Below, in pieces: positions 40,757 through 50,218 of a stretch of DNA of 64,000 nt. A model generated the notes under the pieces. That model ran no database searches, was not told the DNA's origin, and worked only from the letters and a program-made list of their open reading frames with translations. Source of the DNA: Parachitinimonas caeni (GTDB lineage: Bacteria > Pseudomonadota > Gammaproteobacteria > Burkholderiales > Chitinimonadaceae); assembly GCF_030129945.1 (NCBI RefSeq), contig NZ_JARRAF010000017.1, positions 1 to 64,000 of the forward strand, given 5' to 3'. Made by a program: the position numbers and the translations under genes. The stretch's first letter is position 1, and every line of letters begins with the position of its first letter.

Positions 40757-41233
40757 ATGTCCTCTGTAACCCGCATCAGCGCTCAATTGTTGGACACGGT
40801 GACCGCCGCCGCACAATCACTTCCACGCCGTCGGCGCAATCATAATTTTCATAATTCAGATTCGGCAATTTGCCACAGATTATTAAATGCTGTTGAGCCG
40901 GAGAGCTATGTCGCGCCCCATTGTCATCTCGATTCAACAAAAGATGAAATGATGGTTGTGTTGCGGGGCAGCATAGGCATCGTGATTTTCGATGCCGAAG
41001 GCGTTGTGATCGACACTGTAGTGTTGAGCCAAAATGGTCCGGTTTACGGGGTGGATCTCCCGCCGGGCACCATTCACAGCCTTGTGTCCTTAGAGTCGGG
41101 CTCGGTTATTCTGGAAGCCAAGGCTGGCCCCTACCTGCCGCTGTCGGATGAAGAAAAGATGCACTGGGCGCCCGCGGAGAATGCTCCGGGTTGGGAAGTC
41201 TACCGCGACCGGCTGATTGCTCTCTTCAAGTAG
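40757..41233 (+). CDS. cupin-fold protein (WbuC-like)
   Basis: 158-aa protein with a His-containing cupin motif APHCHLDSTKDEMMVVLRGS. The start at 40757 follows AAGGAGA. Confidence 0.5.
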   Translation: MSSVTRISAQLLDTVTAAAQSLPRRRRNHNFHNSDSAICHRLLNAVEPESYVAPHCHLDSTKDEMMVVLRGSIGIVIFDAEGVVIDTVVLSQNGPVYGVDLPPGTIHSLVSLESGSVILEAKAGPYLPLSDEEKMHWAPAENAPGWEVYRDRLIALFK

Positions 41234-41442
41234 GCCGATTATTTCATAAACCCATTGCGGGGCGGGATGGGCCAGATACCGGGCGTGCGTGGTACGCACA
41301 AACTTTGGACTGTCTACTGCCTCGGTGGCGCTGGTGTGGCGGACAAAATTTCACCCGTGAGAACGGAAAGCAGGCTCATTGTGGCCTGCTTTTTGTTTTT
41401 CAGCGTGAGCTACTCCAATAAGCTCCCGTATCCAGGGATACG

Positions 41443-42870
41443 CTATTTGACTTCACGAATCGTCACCAAAGCGGCGCCGAAGGCGTTTGAGCAGGGATTA
41501 GTGGCCGAGGTGTCGCTCTGACAGTGACTGGTCTGGCTGCCACTGGCCAGCGCCTGCAGGCTGCGGCTGGCGCTACGGCTGACGGCGAGAGCTGAAAACG
41601 GGCCGGAGGGGCGCATGCCCAAGCCGGAGAAGTCTCGCGGGGTATCCGTCACGATGGCGAGCAATTGGTTGCCGCCCGCTGGGCCCTGCGCCGTGATCTG
41701 CCAGCTTTCGCGGGGCAGTCGTAACGGCTGGCCGGCGGTGACGAAGTTGTCGCGGTCGATCTGATTCGGGAACAGCAGATCGAAGCTTTTACCGTCCGAA
41801 CCGACCATCAGCACATAGAGATAGCCCGACTGATTGCTGGTAACGGTGAAGTCGAGGCTATCTTCGCCGATTTTCAGCTCAGGTTTGGCTGGGGCGAGGC
41901 TGACGACGCGGCGGTCATCCCGACTATTGAATAGATCGCGTAGCGTGGCGCTGGCGGGGGCATCTCTGCTGCCCGTTTTGCCGGCGCCTTCGGGCAGGGC
42001 AAAGACCGAGCGGCTGTTGCCGGCCAGGGTGATGGTGGATGGCTTGATGTCTCGGGCGCCGGCGAGTTTTTGTTCCAGCTTGTTTTGCGCACACAGGCGC
42101 AGCTCATCAACACTGAGGCCGCCGCTCCGATCGGTATCAGCCCCCGCATTGATGCAGGCCAGCCAGGCGGAGGTGACCAGCCCGCCTTCCTTGGGATGGT
42201 CGAACGATACTTCATTGGCCTTGGCTGCTGCGATGTAAACGTAGTTGTTGCCACCGCTGCCCAAGGAACGACTGGCGACCCGCAGGTGTTCGCTCAGAAT
42301 GTTGACCGGGACCGAGCAGCTATCCTGTGCGCCGGCCCTGACGGCAAATTTGGGGCGTAGTCCTGCCAGATCGGCGCTGCGCTTGTTTACCGAGCGGGTG
42401 GTCACGCCGCCAGAGTGGCAGGCGTCAATCATCACAACCAACCGGCTGGCCTGCTCGCCAAGCCTTTTCAGGCGCTTTTCCAGTTCAAAGTCGAAAAACA
42501 GCAGGCCATCGGTGGCGACCAGTCCTTCCGCACAGCGTTCGTTGGGGTCTTGCACCAGGGCACGGCCACCGTGGCCCGAGTAATAGACGAAGACCTGATC
42601 ACCCTGACGGACGCGCTGTTCCAGTTCATCGAAAGCTTTGTTGATGCCGGAATAAGTCAGCTCGCTATCTTTGTAGAACCGCATATTCGCTTCGCGAATG
42701 CCCATGCGACGGCTGATTTCGCGTGCATTGTCGATATCGTGCCGCACACCGGGTAGTCCTGGCATATCGCTGGTGTATTGGCTGATGGTCAGGATCAGGG
42801 CGTGCGTTTCGGCAAGGGCGGGGCCCCAGCACAGGCTGGCGGCTAGGGTCAGACCCAGCAGGCTGCGCAT
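41443..42870 (-). CDS. secreted caspase-domain (peptidase C14) protein with C-terminal beta-rich domain
   Basis: Signal peptide MRSLLGLTLAASLCWGPALA. Catalytic His in YYSGHGG and Cys in IDACHSGG. The RBS GGAGG is 6 nt upstream. Confidence 0.75.
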   Translation of the reverse strand: MRSLLGLTLAASLCWGPALAETHALILTISQYTSDMPGLPGVRHDIDNAREISRRMGIREANMRFYKDSELTYSGINKAFDELEQRVRQGDQVFVYYSGHGGRALVQDPNERCAEGLVATDGLLFFDFELEKRLKRLGEQASRLVVMIDACHSGGVTTRSVNKRSADLAGLRPKFAVRAGAQDSCSVPVNILSEHLRVASRSLGSGGNNYVYIAAAKANEVSFDHPKEGGLVTSAWLACINAGADTDRSGGLSVDELRLCAQNKLEQKLAGARDIKPSTITLAGNSRSVFALPEGAGKTGSRDAPASATLRDLFNSRDDRRVVSLAPAKPELKIGEDSLDFTVTSNQSGYLYVLMVGSDGKSFDLLFPNQIDRDNFVTAGQPLRLPRESWQITAQGPAGGNQLLAIVTDTPRDFSGLGMRPSGPFSALAVSRSASRSLQALASGSQTSHCQSDTSATNPCSNAFGAALVTIREVK

Positions 42871-42871
42871 T

Positions 42872-43528
42872 TTATTTACCTCCTTCGCCGCCCATCTGAT
42901 CATCCATGCGCTTTTTCATGGCTTCGACGGTCTGGTTGGCTGGCTGCCGCTTGTGCATATCGGTCAGCAGTTTCTGCGCCTCCTGATATTGCTTGAGGCT
43001 GATCAGTTCGTTGAGAAAGTAGAGGTCGGGCAGCAGATCATCCGGCGCAGCTGACTGGCGCAGGCCGGCATAAGCCTCACGCGCCTTGGTCAGCTCGGAG
43101 TTCTCGCCGCCTCCTTGGCGAATGAACAGCACGCCGGAGAGTTGCTTGACCTCGCCGACTGTCGTGGGCGCCCGGTTGAGGGCCTGCTTCAGCAGGGGAG
43201 GCAACTGTTTGACTTCAGCGGGGGTGGCGCCGGCACTTCCCTTTGACTCCACTTCACCCACCTGCAGTTCGGAGGGGCCATTCCACGATTCCTGCCGGCC
43301 GGAATTTGACCAGGCGATCTGCAGGCTGGCCTTGCTTGCCAGTTTCACCCGATCGCCACTATGCAGTTGCATGAAGGCTTCAACAGGTTTGGCGCGGGCC
43401 TGCTTGCTGGTGTAGCTGACCTGACCTTCGACCTTGGTGACCAGGATGGTCACTCGCTCGGTAGCCAGGCTGCTGGCGGTCAGTAGCCAGAAGATGGCCA
43501 GCGCACAGGCGCGGTGTAATGACTTCAT
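42872..43528 (-). CDS. secreted hypothetical protein
   Basis: Signal peptide MKSLHRACALAIFWLLTASSLA. Tightly flanked by the cyclase and caspase genes. Confidence 0.55.
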   Translation of the reverse strand: MKSLHRACALAIFWLLTASSLATERVTILVTKVEGQVSYTSKQARAKPVEAFMQLHSGDRVKLASKASLQIAWSNSGRQESWNGPSELQVGEVESKGSAGATPAEVKQLPPLLKQALNRAPTTVGEVKQLSGVLFIRQGGGENSELTKAREAYAGLRQSAAPDDLLPDLYFLNELISLKQYQEAQKLLTDMHKRQPANQTVEAMKKRMDDQMGGEGGK

Positions 43529-45471
43529 GATGCTTCCTCTCTGATCCCGACGACTTCGAATACTTCGACTGCTTCTTCCCGTCCCTTAACCTGTAACGAG
43601 CGCTGGGCACCGGTAACGATGCCGCTGCCGGCAGCGCGGACGGTTGCCGCACTGGCGGCAACCGTGCAGCCCAGAACCTTGGTGAGCCCTTCCAGCCGGG
43701 AGGCGATGTTCACGGTATCGCCCACGGCGGTGTAGTCGGCTTTCTGGGTTGAGCCGATATTGCCCAGCACGGCAGTGCCGGTGTGAATGCCAATGCCGAT
43801 ACGGAACAGCGGCAGGTCATGCCGGGGAAAGCGTTCGTCCATCCACTGCTGGAACTCAATGGCGATCTCCCGCATCCGCAACGCAGCACGCAAGGCCCGG
43901 CGTGCGTGGTCGGGCAGGGGCAGCGGCGCCCCGAATTCAGCCATGACGGCATCGCCAATGAATTTATCCACGCTGCCGCCTTCTTTAAGAATAGGCTCGC
44001 AAACCCGTTCAAAGTAGGCGTTCAGCATTTCCACCACTTCATTCGGGGCAAGTTTTTCGGAAATAGTGGTGAAGTCCCGCAGATCGGCAAACAACACCGT
44101 CACTTCAGCGGCTTCGCCACCCAGATCGGGCATGCGGCCGCTCTCCAGGACGGCTTCGAGTACGGCGGGTGATACGTAGCGCCCCCATGCCTGGCGCGCC
44201 AGCGCACGGTCGCGGGCTTCCTGCGATAGCCGGGCCGCAAACGCCAGCAGCAGGGCGACAGCCAGACCCAGTTGCAGGCTGGCCAGCGGTAGCATCCAGT
44301 CGGCGAGGAAGGCTTGAAAGGCGGTCGAGGCGGCCACTGCCGATAGCGCGGCAAAGGCGATCAGGGCGGGGGTGGAGCGCAGCCGCCAGAACAGGGCGGT
44401 GCCAACCAGCAGGAAGCTGCCAAGCCAGGCCCAGCGCCAGTGGTCGGGCGCCGCTTCGTAACGACGGCCACTCAGGAGGGTTTCCACGGCATTAGCCAGG
44501 ATTTCGGCGCCCGCCATGAAGCTACCGTGCTGGATCACCCCCACGGCGTAGGGCGTCTGGTGCCAGTCGAACAGCGCGGTACTATCGGCGCCAATAATGA
44601 CCACCTTGCCGCGTAGCGCCAGAACCTGAGGATCTTGCAGAGCCCCAGGCGCCAGCAGGCGCGAAATGGAGACGCGGGGCACAGTATTCGGTGGTCCGTA
44701 AAAGGCGATCGGGAATGGCGGATCTCCCGGCAGATACTGGCGGCCACCAATATTCCAGCCAGCGGCGTCGGCTTTGAGGCCAGCAGCCCGGACCGCGAGC
44801 AACGCAGGGAGTGATAGGCGCGGCGAACCTTGGCGTAACTCGGGCCGTAGGTTGATGGGGGGGGCAAAGGGCATGCGGCGGATCAGGCCATCGCTATCAG
44901 GCGGTAGGTCGGCCAGGCCCACGGTCGATACCAGATCGGGGGCTGAGAGCAGCACTTCAGGTTGGGGGAGGCGGAACTGATCGTAGCCGGCATCAATCGC
45001 CGGCTGGGTTGTGGCTGCAAGGGCCACCTTGCCCGAGGCGACTTCTCGCCGGAAGTTCTGATCAAAACGGCGCGCAATGTCGGTGTTGGGCAAGTCCATC
45101 TTGGCCAGCCAGCGCTCGGGAGAGATTCCATACAGAATATCGAGGCCAATCGCCGAAGCACCCACCTGCCGCAATACCTGCGAGGCTTGGGCGACATAGG
45201 GGGACCAGAATACCAGCGGGTCATCCGGATATGCCGCCAGGCTCTGATCGTCGATCACCACCAGCACCACATGGCCGGGCGTGGCGCGCACTCCGGCAAG
45301 GCGGTGCCACAAATCACTGTAGAAGTGCTCAATCCGCTCCGTCGCATTGCTGCGATACAGCCCCTCGGCGGCCGTCAATGCTGCCAGCACGGTGGCGACC
45401 AGCGCCAATCGTCGCCGCAAGCGAAAACCGATGAAGGGCAGAAGGGGCATGGCGTCTGTACACCTGTTCAA
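43525..45471 (-). CDS. CHASE2 sensor-domain class III adenylate/guanylate cyclase
   Basis: N-terminal TM plus CHASE2 region and three C-terminal TM helices. Cyclase catalytic motifs VTVLFADLRDFT...FIGDAVMAEFG...GIGIHTG. Confidence 0.85.
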   Translation of the reverse strand: MNRCTDAMPLLPFIGFRLRRRLALVATVLAALTAAEGLYRSNATERIEHFYSDLWHRLAGVRATPGHVVLVVIDDQSLAAYPDDPLVFWSPYVAQASQVLRQVGASAIGLDILYGISPERWLAKMDLPNTDIARRFDQNFRREVASGKVALAATTQPAIDAGYDQFRLPQPEVLLSAPDLVSTVGLADLPPDSDGLIRRMPFAPPINLRPELRQGSPRLSLPALLAVRAAGLKADAAGWNIGGRQYLPGDPPFPIAFYGPPNTVPRVSISRLLAPGALQDPQVLALRGKVVIIGADSTALFDWHQTPYAVGVIQHGSFMAGAEILANAVETLLSGRRYEAAPDHWRWAWLGSFLLVGTALFWRLRSTPALIAFAALSAVAASTAFQAFLADWMLPLASLQLGLAVALLLAFAARLSQEARDRALARQAWGRYVSPAVLEAVLESGRMPDLGGEAAEVTVLFADLRDFTTISEKLAPNEVVEMLNAYFERVCEPILKEGGSVDKFIGDAVMAEFGAPLPLPDHARRALRAALRMREIAIEFQQWMDERFPRHDLPLFRIGIGIHTGTAVLGNIGSTQKADYTAVGDTVNIASRLEGLTKVLGCTVAASAATVRAAGSGIVTGAQRSLQVKGREEAVEVFEVVGIREEAS

Positions 45472-45527
45472 ATTCGCGGCGACTGCCGCTTGCGGCTGAG
45501 GGGGTGCTGAATGGGTGGGACGACTGG

Positions 45528-45587
45528 CTAGGTTCTGTTGACGTTTTGTTTTCGACTGGAAAGTAGAACGTCAACAGCGCCTCGTAC
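45528..45587. repeat. MITE-like repeat, short (60-bp) form
   Basis: CTAGGTTCTGTTGACGTTTTGTTTTCGACTGGAAAGTAGAACGTCAACAGCGCCTCG. Confidence 0.65.
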
Positions 45588-45769
45588 TGGTTTCAGTATC
45601 GTCAAGCCCATGGCCATTTGCCATTGCTGGCGGCGATGACCGATTAACGGTCGCGTCGGTGTGGTGGGCCTTGAGTCGGAATTGATCTTGCGGCAAGGCG
45701 AAAATCAATCAATTAACGTTCAAGGAGTCAGGCTCTGCCTGGGTCGAAAGCGCGGGCGTACCAACGAAC

Positions 45770-48505
45770 TTAGCGGGAAACCGCCTCCTGCAGGGTGCGC
45801 TGAATTCTTTCTCTCAGAATGTTGGCCTTGGCTTTCTCCCCTTGCGAGTCATCGGCGGTCTCTATGGCCGCCAATGCCTTATCGGCGGATGTCAGGAGTG
45901 CCTGGGCCTTGTCCCGATGTCCTTCGAGCAAGGCCAGACGGCCGAACTCGTATTGCAGGCGGGATTCCCACAAGTTGGAGCGCTGCGTTGCAAAGAGTGT
46001 CTTGGCACTCAAACCAGAGAGCAATTCGGCCACCCCCTGGATTTTCTTTTGATCGAGCCGGGCGCTTGCCAAATTGTATTGAAGGATTTGAATGGCAGGG
46101 CTGCTGGCCTCGATTTTGGGGCTGGCGAGCGCGAGTGCTGCAATCAGAATTTCCTCTGCCTTGGCTGGCTGTCCGACGCGTATGAAATTGGATGCTGCAT
46201 TGGCATAGATCACCGCAGAAAATTTAACCTTGCCGTTGGCTTTCTGATTCATTTCTGCAGCACGCAAAGCTGTATTGGCCGCAGCCTCAAACTGACCGGC
46301 ATTGCCGTACACCCGACTCAAGGTGTGGTAAGCGCGCGATAGGCTCAGATTATTATCACCAATTGCTTGTTGCATGCAGGCTATGGCGTCCTGGGCATCC
46401 TTGATGCTCTCGGTGCTTAGCCCTCGCACTGAGCGTATTTCGGCCATACTCCGCATGGCTTCACAGCTCAGGTAGTGCTTGCTCCCGAAACGGGCTTGAG
46501 CCTGATCCCATTGCATTTGCGCGATCTGCTGGGCCCCTGCCAGATTTCCGGTCATGCGCGTCGACTGCGCATTGGCGTGGATAATCTGGTGGCGCAGCAC
46601 CGGGTCGGCCTGCCCCAGACGATCCTGAATTGCCAGCGCATTTTCATAAGCTTGTATCGAGGCTTTCCATTGAAAGTTGCTGCCAAGAATACGGCCCCTT
46701 ACAAACCAATAACGAGCCTGGGTGTCGTCAGTGGCGAGGCGCTGCAGAAAGCCGGATTTCTCAACCAGATCAAGCTGTGCGGCAGCGTCGGCATTCTTGT
46801 CTTGATTGATGAGGCTACGTGCATAACTGATCCGGATTTGTGCAATGAGTGTCGGATCAAGCCGGGTGGCTTGATTGGCGGCAGCCAGCGCTTTCTGCGC
46901 CTCGGCGGTTGCTTCACCGAATTCATCCAGTTCGTTGAGGGCTGTCTGGGCGGCGGCATGGACGGTAGCGCGGATCTCGGGTGACAGCGGGTTTGGGCCT
47001 TGATCAATCTCGGCTGTGGCGGTTTTGAGTGCCTCGGCCAGGGTGATGCCGACGCGGCCCGAAACAGCCGGCCCGGCCTTGGCCACCAGATCACGGGTCA
47101 GAAACCGGTTCAGGGCGCTGATGTTCCGGTGTTCTGCGGCCAATGCCTGCTCACTGCGTTTGAGCGCTGAATAGGCATAGAGGCTCGTTGCCAGCCCCGC
47201 GATCAGTGTGACGACAACACTAATCACCCAAGGCCGACGGGCCCGGTTGCGGCGAATGGCTTCGCGATCGCGTGCAATCTGCTCGCGCTCTGCGATTTCC
47301 TGCTGGCGTTGCGCATGGCGTTGCGACAGGTTGGAAATCTCTTCCAGCAGGGCCTGGGCGCTACCGGTGCGTTGTTCGGGGTTGCCGTCGGTGGCGTGGG
47401 CGATGGTTTCGACCAGCAGGGCGTCATCGATCTCGCGTTCCCAGCCAGGGGCCAGCGCCCGCTTGAAATCGCCGATCAGCAGCTGATACAGCATCACGCC
47501 CAGCGCAAATACATCGCTACGTTCGGTCGATGTCTCCCCTCGCAGTACCTCAGGTGAGACATAGAGGGTCGTTCCGAATGCAGAGTCGAGTGCCAGTGTT
47601 TGTACCCCGGCAGGGTAGTGATCGGCCTGACCGGAATCGATCAGCCGTGCCGGGTCACTCAGGCGGCCACTGCCAAAGTCCACCAGCTTGAGCTGGGCAC
47701 CGCTGCCGGCTTGGGGGGTGATGAGCACATTGGCTGGTTTGAGGTCTTTATGCAGTACGCCAACAGAATGGGCGGCCGCCACGGTAGTGGCAATGCGGCA
47801 AAACAGGCTTAGCCTGTCGGCGCGGGGCAGCGATGCCAGGGCTTGATCTTTGGCGGACCATTCCACCAGATTGATGCCGCCATACTCGCTTTCCAGAAAA
47901 TAGGGCTGCTCGGTGAAGTTCCAGTCGAGAACACGCAGAAAATCGGCGCGCTCGCCCAGTTGATCATGCAGCAGGCACGACAGGCTGGCTTCGCGTTTTA
48001 GCGCCTGCAATCCCTCTGCGTTATGGCTGTATTTGAAGACACGCTCGATGCCGCGCTTGCGCTGCCGGGCGAGCCACACTTCCGCCCCCTGGCTATAGCC
48101 AAGTTGCTCGACCAGCTCGAATGCGTCGCGCAATGGCGCGGTTTTACCCGCTGCGAATGCCGTCGTGGTATCGGCTGGCCTCTCAATCGCTTGGCACACC
48201 ACTGGCGCAGTGATGCGATAGCCCAGTTTGGGTAGCGCTTCAATCAACCCGGCATGCGACTCCCCTAGTGTAGTGCGCAACCGGGTGATGGCGCTGGCCA
48301 GTACGTTCTCGCCAACATGCCGTCCATTCCAGATGTTTTCCTCGATTTCAGCCCGGGGGACCAATTCGCCGGCACGCGCCAGCAGCAGGCAGAGGATGCG
48401 CCAGGACTGTGGCTGGATTTCCACTTCCAGCCCGTTGATGGTCAAGGTGCCGGTGGATTCATCAAGAAAGCTGGCTCCAAACTGATATCGATTAGGCATA
48501 CGCAA
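45770..48505 (-). CDS. one-component membrane regulator: OmpR/CadC-type winged-helix, Ser/Thr protein kinase, TM helix and periplasmic TPR domain
   Basis: wHTH (WRILCLLLARAGELVPRAEIEENIW...LRTTLG), kinase subdomains (VFK, HKDLKPANVL, VDFGSG, SPE), a TM helix (WVISVVVTLIAGLATSLYAYSAL) and about 430 aa of TPR-like repeats. Confidence 0.8.
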   Translation of the reverse strand: MRMPNRYQFGASFLDESTGTLTINGLEVEIQPQSWRILCLLLARAGELVPRAEIEENIWNGRHVGENVLASAITRLRTTLGESHAGLIEALPKLGYRITAPVVCQAIERPADTTTAFAAGKTAPLRDAFELVEQLGYSQGAEVWLARQRKRGIERVFKYSHNAEGLQALKREASLSCLLHDQLGERADFLRVLDWNFTEQPYFLESEYGGINLVEWSAKDQALASLPRADRLSLFCRIATTVAAAHSVGVLHKDLKPANVLITPQAGSGAQLKLVDFGSGRLSDPARLIDSGQADHYPAGVQTLALDSAFGTTLYVSPEVLRGETSTERSDVFALGVMLYQLLIGDFKRALAPGWEREIDDALLVETIAHATDGNPEQRTGSAQALLEEISNLSQRHAQRQQEIAEREQIARDREAIRRNRARRPWVISVVVTLIAGLATSLYAYSALKRSEQALAAEHRNISALNRFLTRDLVAKAGPAVSGRVGITLAEALKTATAEIDQGPNPLSPEIRATVHAAAQTALNELDEFGEATAEAQKALAAANQATRLDPTLIAQIRISYARSLINQDKNADAAAQLDLVEKSGFLQRLATDDTQARYWFVRGRILGSNFQWKASIQAYENALAIQDRLGQADPVLRHQIIHANAQSTRMTGNLAGAQQIAQMQWDQAQARFGSKHYLSCEAMRSMAEIRSVRGLSTESIKDAQDAIACMQQAIGDNNLSLSRAYHTLSRVYGNAGQFEAAANTALRAAEMNQKANGKVKFSAVIYANAASNFIRVGQPAKAEEILIAALALASPKIEASSPAIQILQYNLASARLDQKKIQGVAELLSGLSAKTLFATQRSNLWESRLQYEFGRLALLEGHRDKAQALLTSADKALAAIETADDSQGEKAKANILRERIQRTLQEAVSR

Positions 48506-48788
48506 GGTAGAAATTTGACAATGAGCGTTAGGGGGGCGGTTTGCCTTCCAGACACGCCAACGAGAAGCTGCCGCAAAAGGAGTGGCGTTGAGGCCGGGCC
48601 GACGACGTGTGATTCGCCAGAAGAGTTGACTATGTTACTCGCATTACCCGTTTGAAAGAATTTTGTAAGCAAATGCGGCGATATTGCGCCAGGAGGATCT
48701 GCCTCGGGAGAGATCTGGCAGCCAAAAAGGGCGGGTGCTGGTTTCATCGCCTTCTGGATGAAGACCAGGCACCCGCCATTGGCAGCGC

Positions 48789-49244
48789 TTAGCGCTTGGC
48801 GATCAAGGTATTTTGATCATGCACCAGGGCCCAATGCGATCCTTCTTTTTTGAAAATCAAATTCAAGTAGTAATCAAGATGATGCAGTTTTCCGTGTTCG
48901 TCCTTTTCGTCATAGCTGACAAGTAATAAAGCACTCGCCATATCGACCGACTTTTGTTTGCTGACGAGGCGGTATTGGAGTTTCCAGCTTTGATCGGCAA
49001 ACCATTCTTTCATCATGGCCCGAAATTGCTCGGCGCTCTCACTGAAATGGCCATTAGGCAAAATCAAGGTGAGATTTTTGCCCTTGGTAAGCGTCTTCTC
49101 AAATGCCGGGTAATCCCGTTTCTCTATGGCATTCAGGTGCTGTTGCAAAGTGCAGTCAAAATCGCATTCTGCAGCTTCGCTGATTTGGGTGGTTTCCAGC
49201 ATAAGGGCGAATCCTAAAAAGAGTATTTTGAAAAATCGTTTCAT
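48789..49244 (-). CDS. small secreted protein (NTF2/SnoaL-like), hypothetical
   Basis: 151-aa protein with signal peptide MKRFFKILFLGFALMLETTQISEA, low-GC. The longer 330-aa annotated ORF is an artefactual 5-prime extension through the lysE region. Confidence 0.5.
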   Translation of the reverse strand: MKRFFKILFLGFALMLETTQISEAAECDFDCTLQQHLNAIEKRDYPAFEKTLTKGKNLTLILPNGHFSESAEQFRAMMKEWFADQSWKLQYRLVSKQKSVDMASALLLVSYDEKDEHGKLHHLDYYLNLIFKKEGSHWALVHDQNTLIAKR

Positions 49245-49258
49245 TTCAAATATCCGGT

Positions 49259-49906
49259 TTACTGGGTTTTGCTGAGCGCCAGCCTGGCGGCCATTCCCCA
49301 AAACAGCAAGCCGAGAAGACCACTGCTGTGCCGGGAAAATCGAGCCGACATCACGACCCTGGCGCGCGCCCTGGCAAAGATCCAGGCGGCCAGCAGGTTG
49401 TAGAGCAGCGCGAGGCTGGTCAGCAGCATGCCCAGGGTGAACAGCTGCAGACTGCTGTGGCCCAAGGTCGGGTTGACGAACTGAGGCAGGAACAGGCTGA
49501 AGAACAACAGGGCTTTGGGATTGAGCAGGTTGTTGACCAAACCTGCGGTGATCAGCCTGGAAACCGGAACGTTGCGGGGCGTGGGCCGGTGGTTCGGAGT
49601 GGGGCTGGTCTGCGTACGTGCCCAGTTCCGCACCAGACCGAATCCCAGCCAGGCCAGATAAATCGCTCCGATCAGTTTGATGGCAAAAGCCACGTTCGGC
49701 ATGGTTTCGAGGATATGCCCAAGACCGAAAGTCACCAGCAGCGTTTGAATCACCCCTGCCAGGGCAATACCCAGACCACAAGCGGCACCATGCCGCCAGC
49801 TATTACTGACCGACTGCGAGAAAATCAGCAGCATGTCCGGTCCGGGTACGGCCAGCAAAATGGCAATGGCTGACAGGAATAAAGGCAAGATAGTTAAGTC
49901 AATCAT
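49259..49906 (-). CDS. LysE/RhtB family amino-acid exporter
   Basis: 6-TM protein with a LysE-type N-terminus MIDLTILPLFLSAIAILLAVPGPD. Confidence 0.8.
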   Translation of the reverse strand: MIDLTILPLFLSAIAILLAVPGPDMLLIFSQSVSNSWRHGAACGLGIALAGVIQTLLVTFGLGHILETMPNVAFAIKLIGAIYLAWLGFGLVRNWARTQTSPTPNHRPTPRNVPVSRLITAGLVNNLLNPKALLFFSLFLPQFVNPTLGHSSLQLFTLGMLLTSLALLYNLLAAWIFARARARVVMSARFSRHSSGLLGLLFWGMAARLALSKTQ

Positions 49907-50218
49907 TCGGCGGTCTCCTGTAAAGGGCATTGGCCAATTTGGATGAAATAGAGGGCAATTAATTTATTTTTCAGATGAATCGATTCGCGGCCATGAATCA
50001 CCCTGCTTGCATTGTAAGGTTTGGGGCATTTGAAAATATCTCTTTATCTATTCAAATCGCGGCACCGGCATTTTATTTACTCGTCAGAATGTTTTGCGGT
50101 GCCTGAATATTTTCTTGCCATACGTGGGATCACGCCGGGAAAACAAATCGCCACCCATAGCGGGTGGCGATTGTTGGATGGACTGATCAAGACCACTTCC
50201 GTTCAGGTGATACGGGCT

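Noticed and set aside
48789-49781. 330-aa ORF spanning the small secreted protein and the lysE region
   Set aside because: The upstream two-thirds lies in another frame of the lysE gene and is composed of Pro/Ala/Gln runs. Only the last 151 codons (from MKRFFK with signal peptide) look real.
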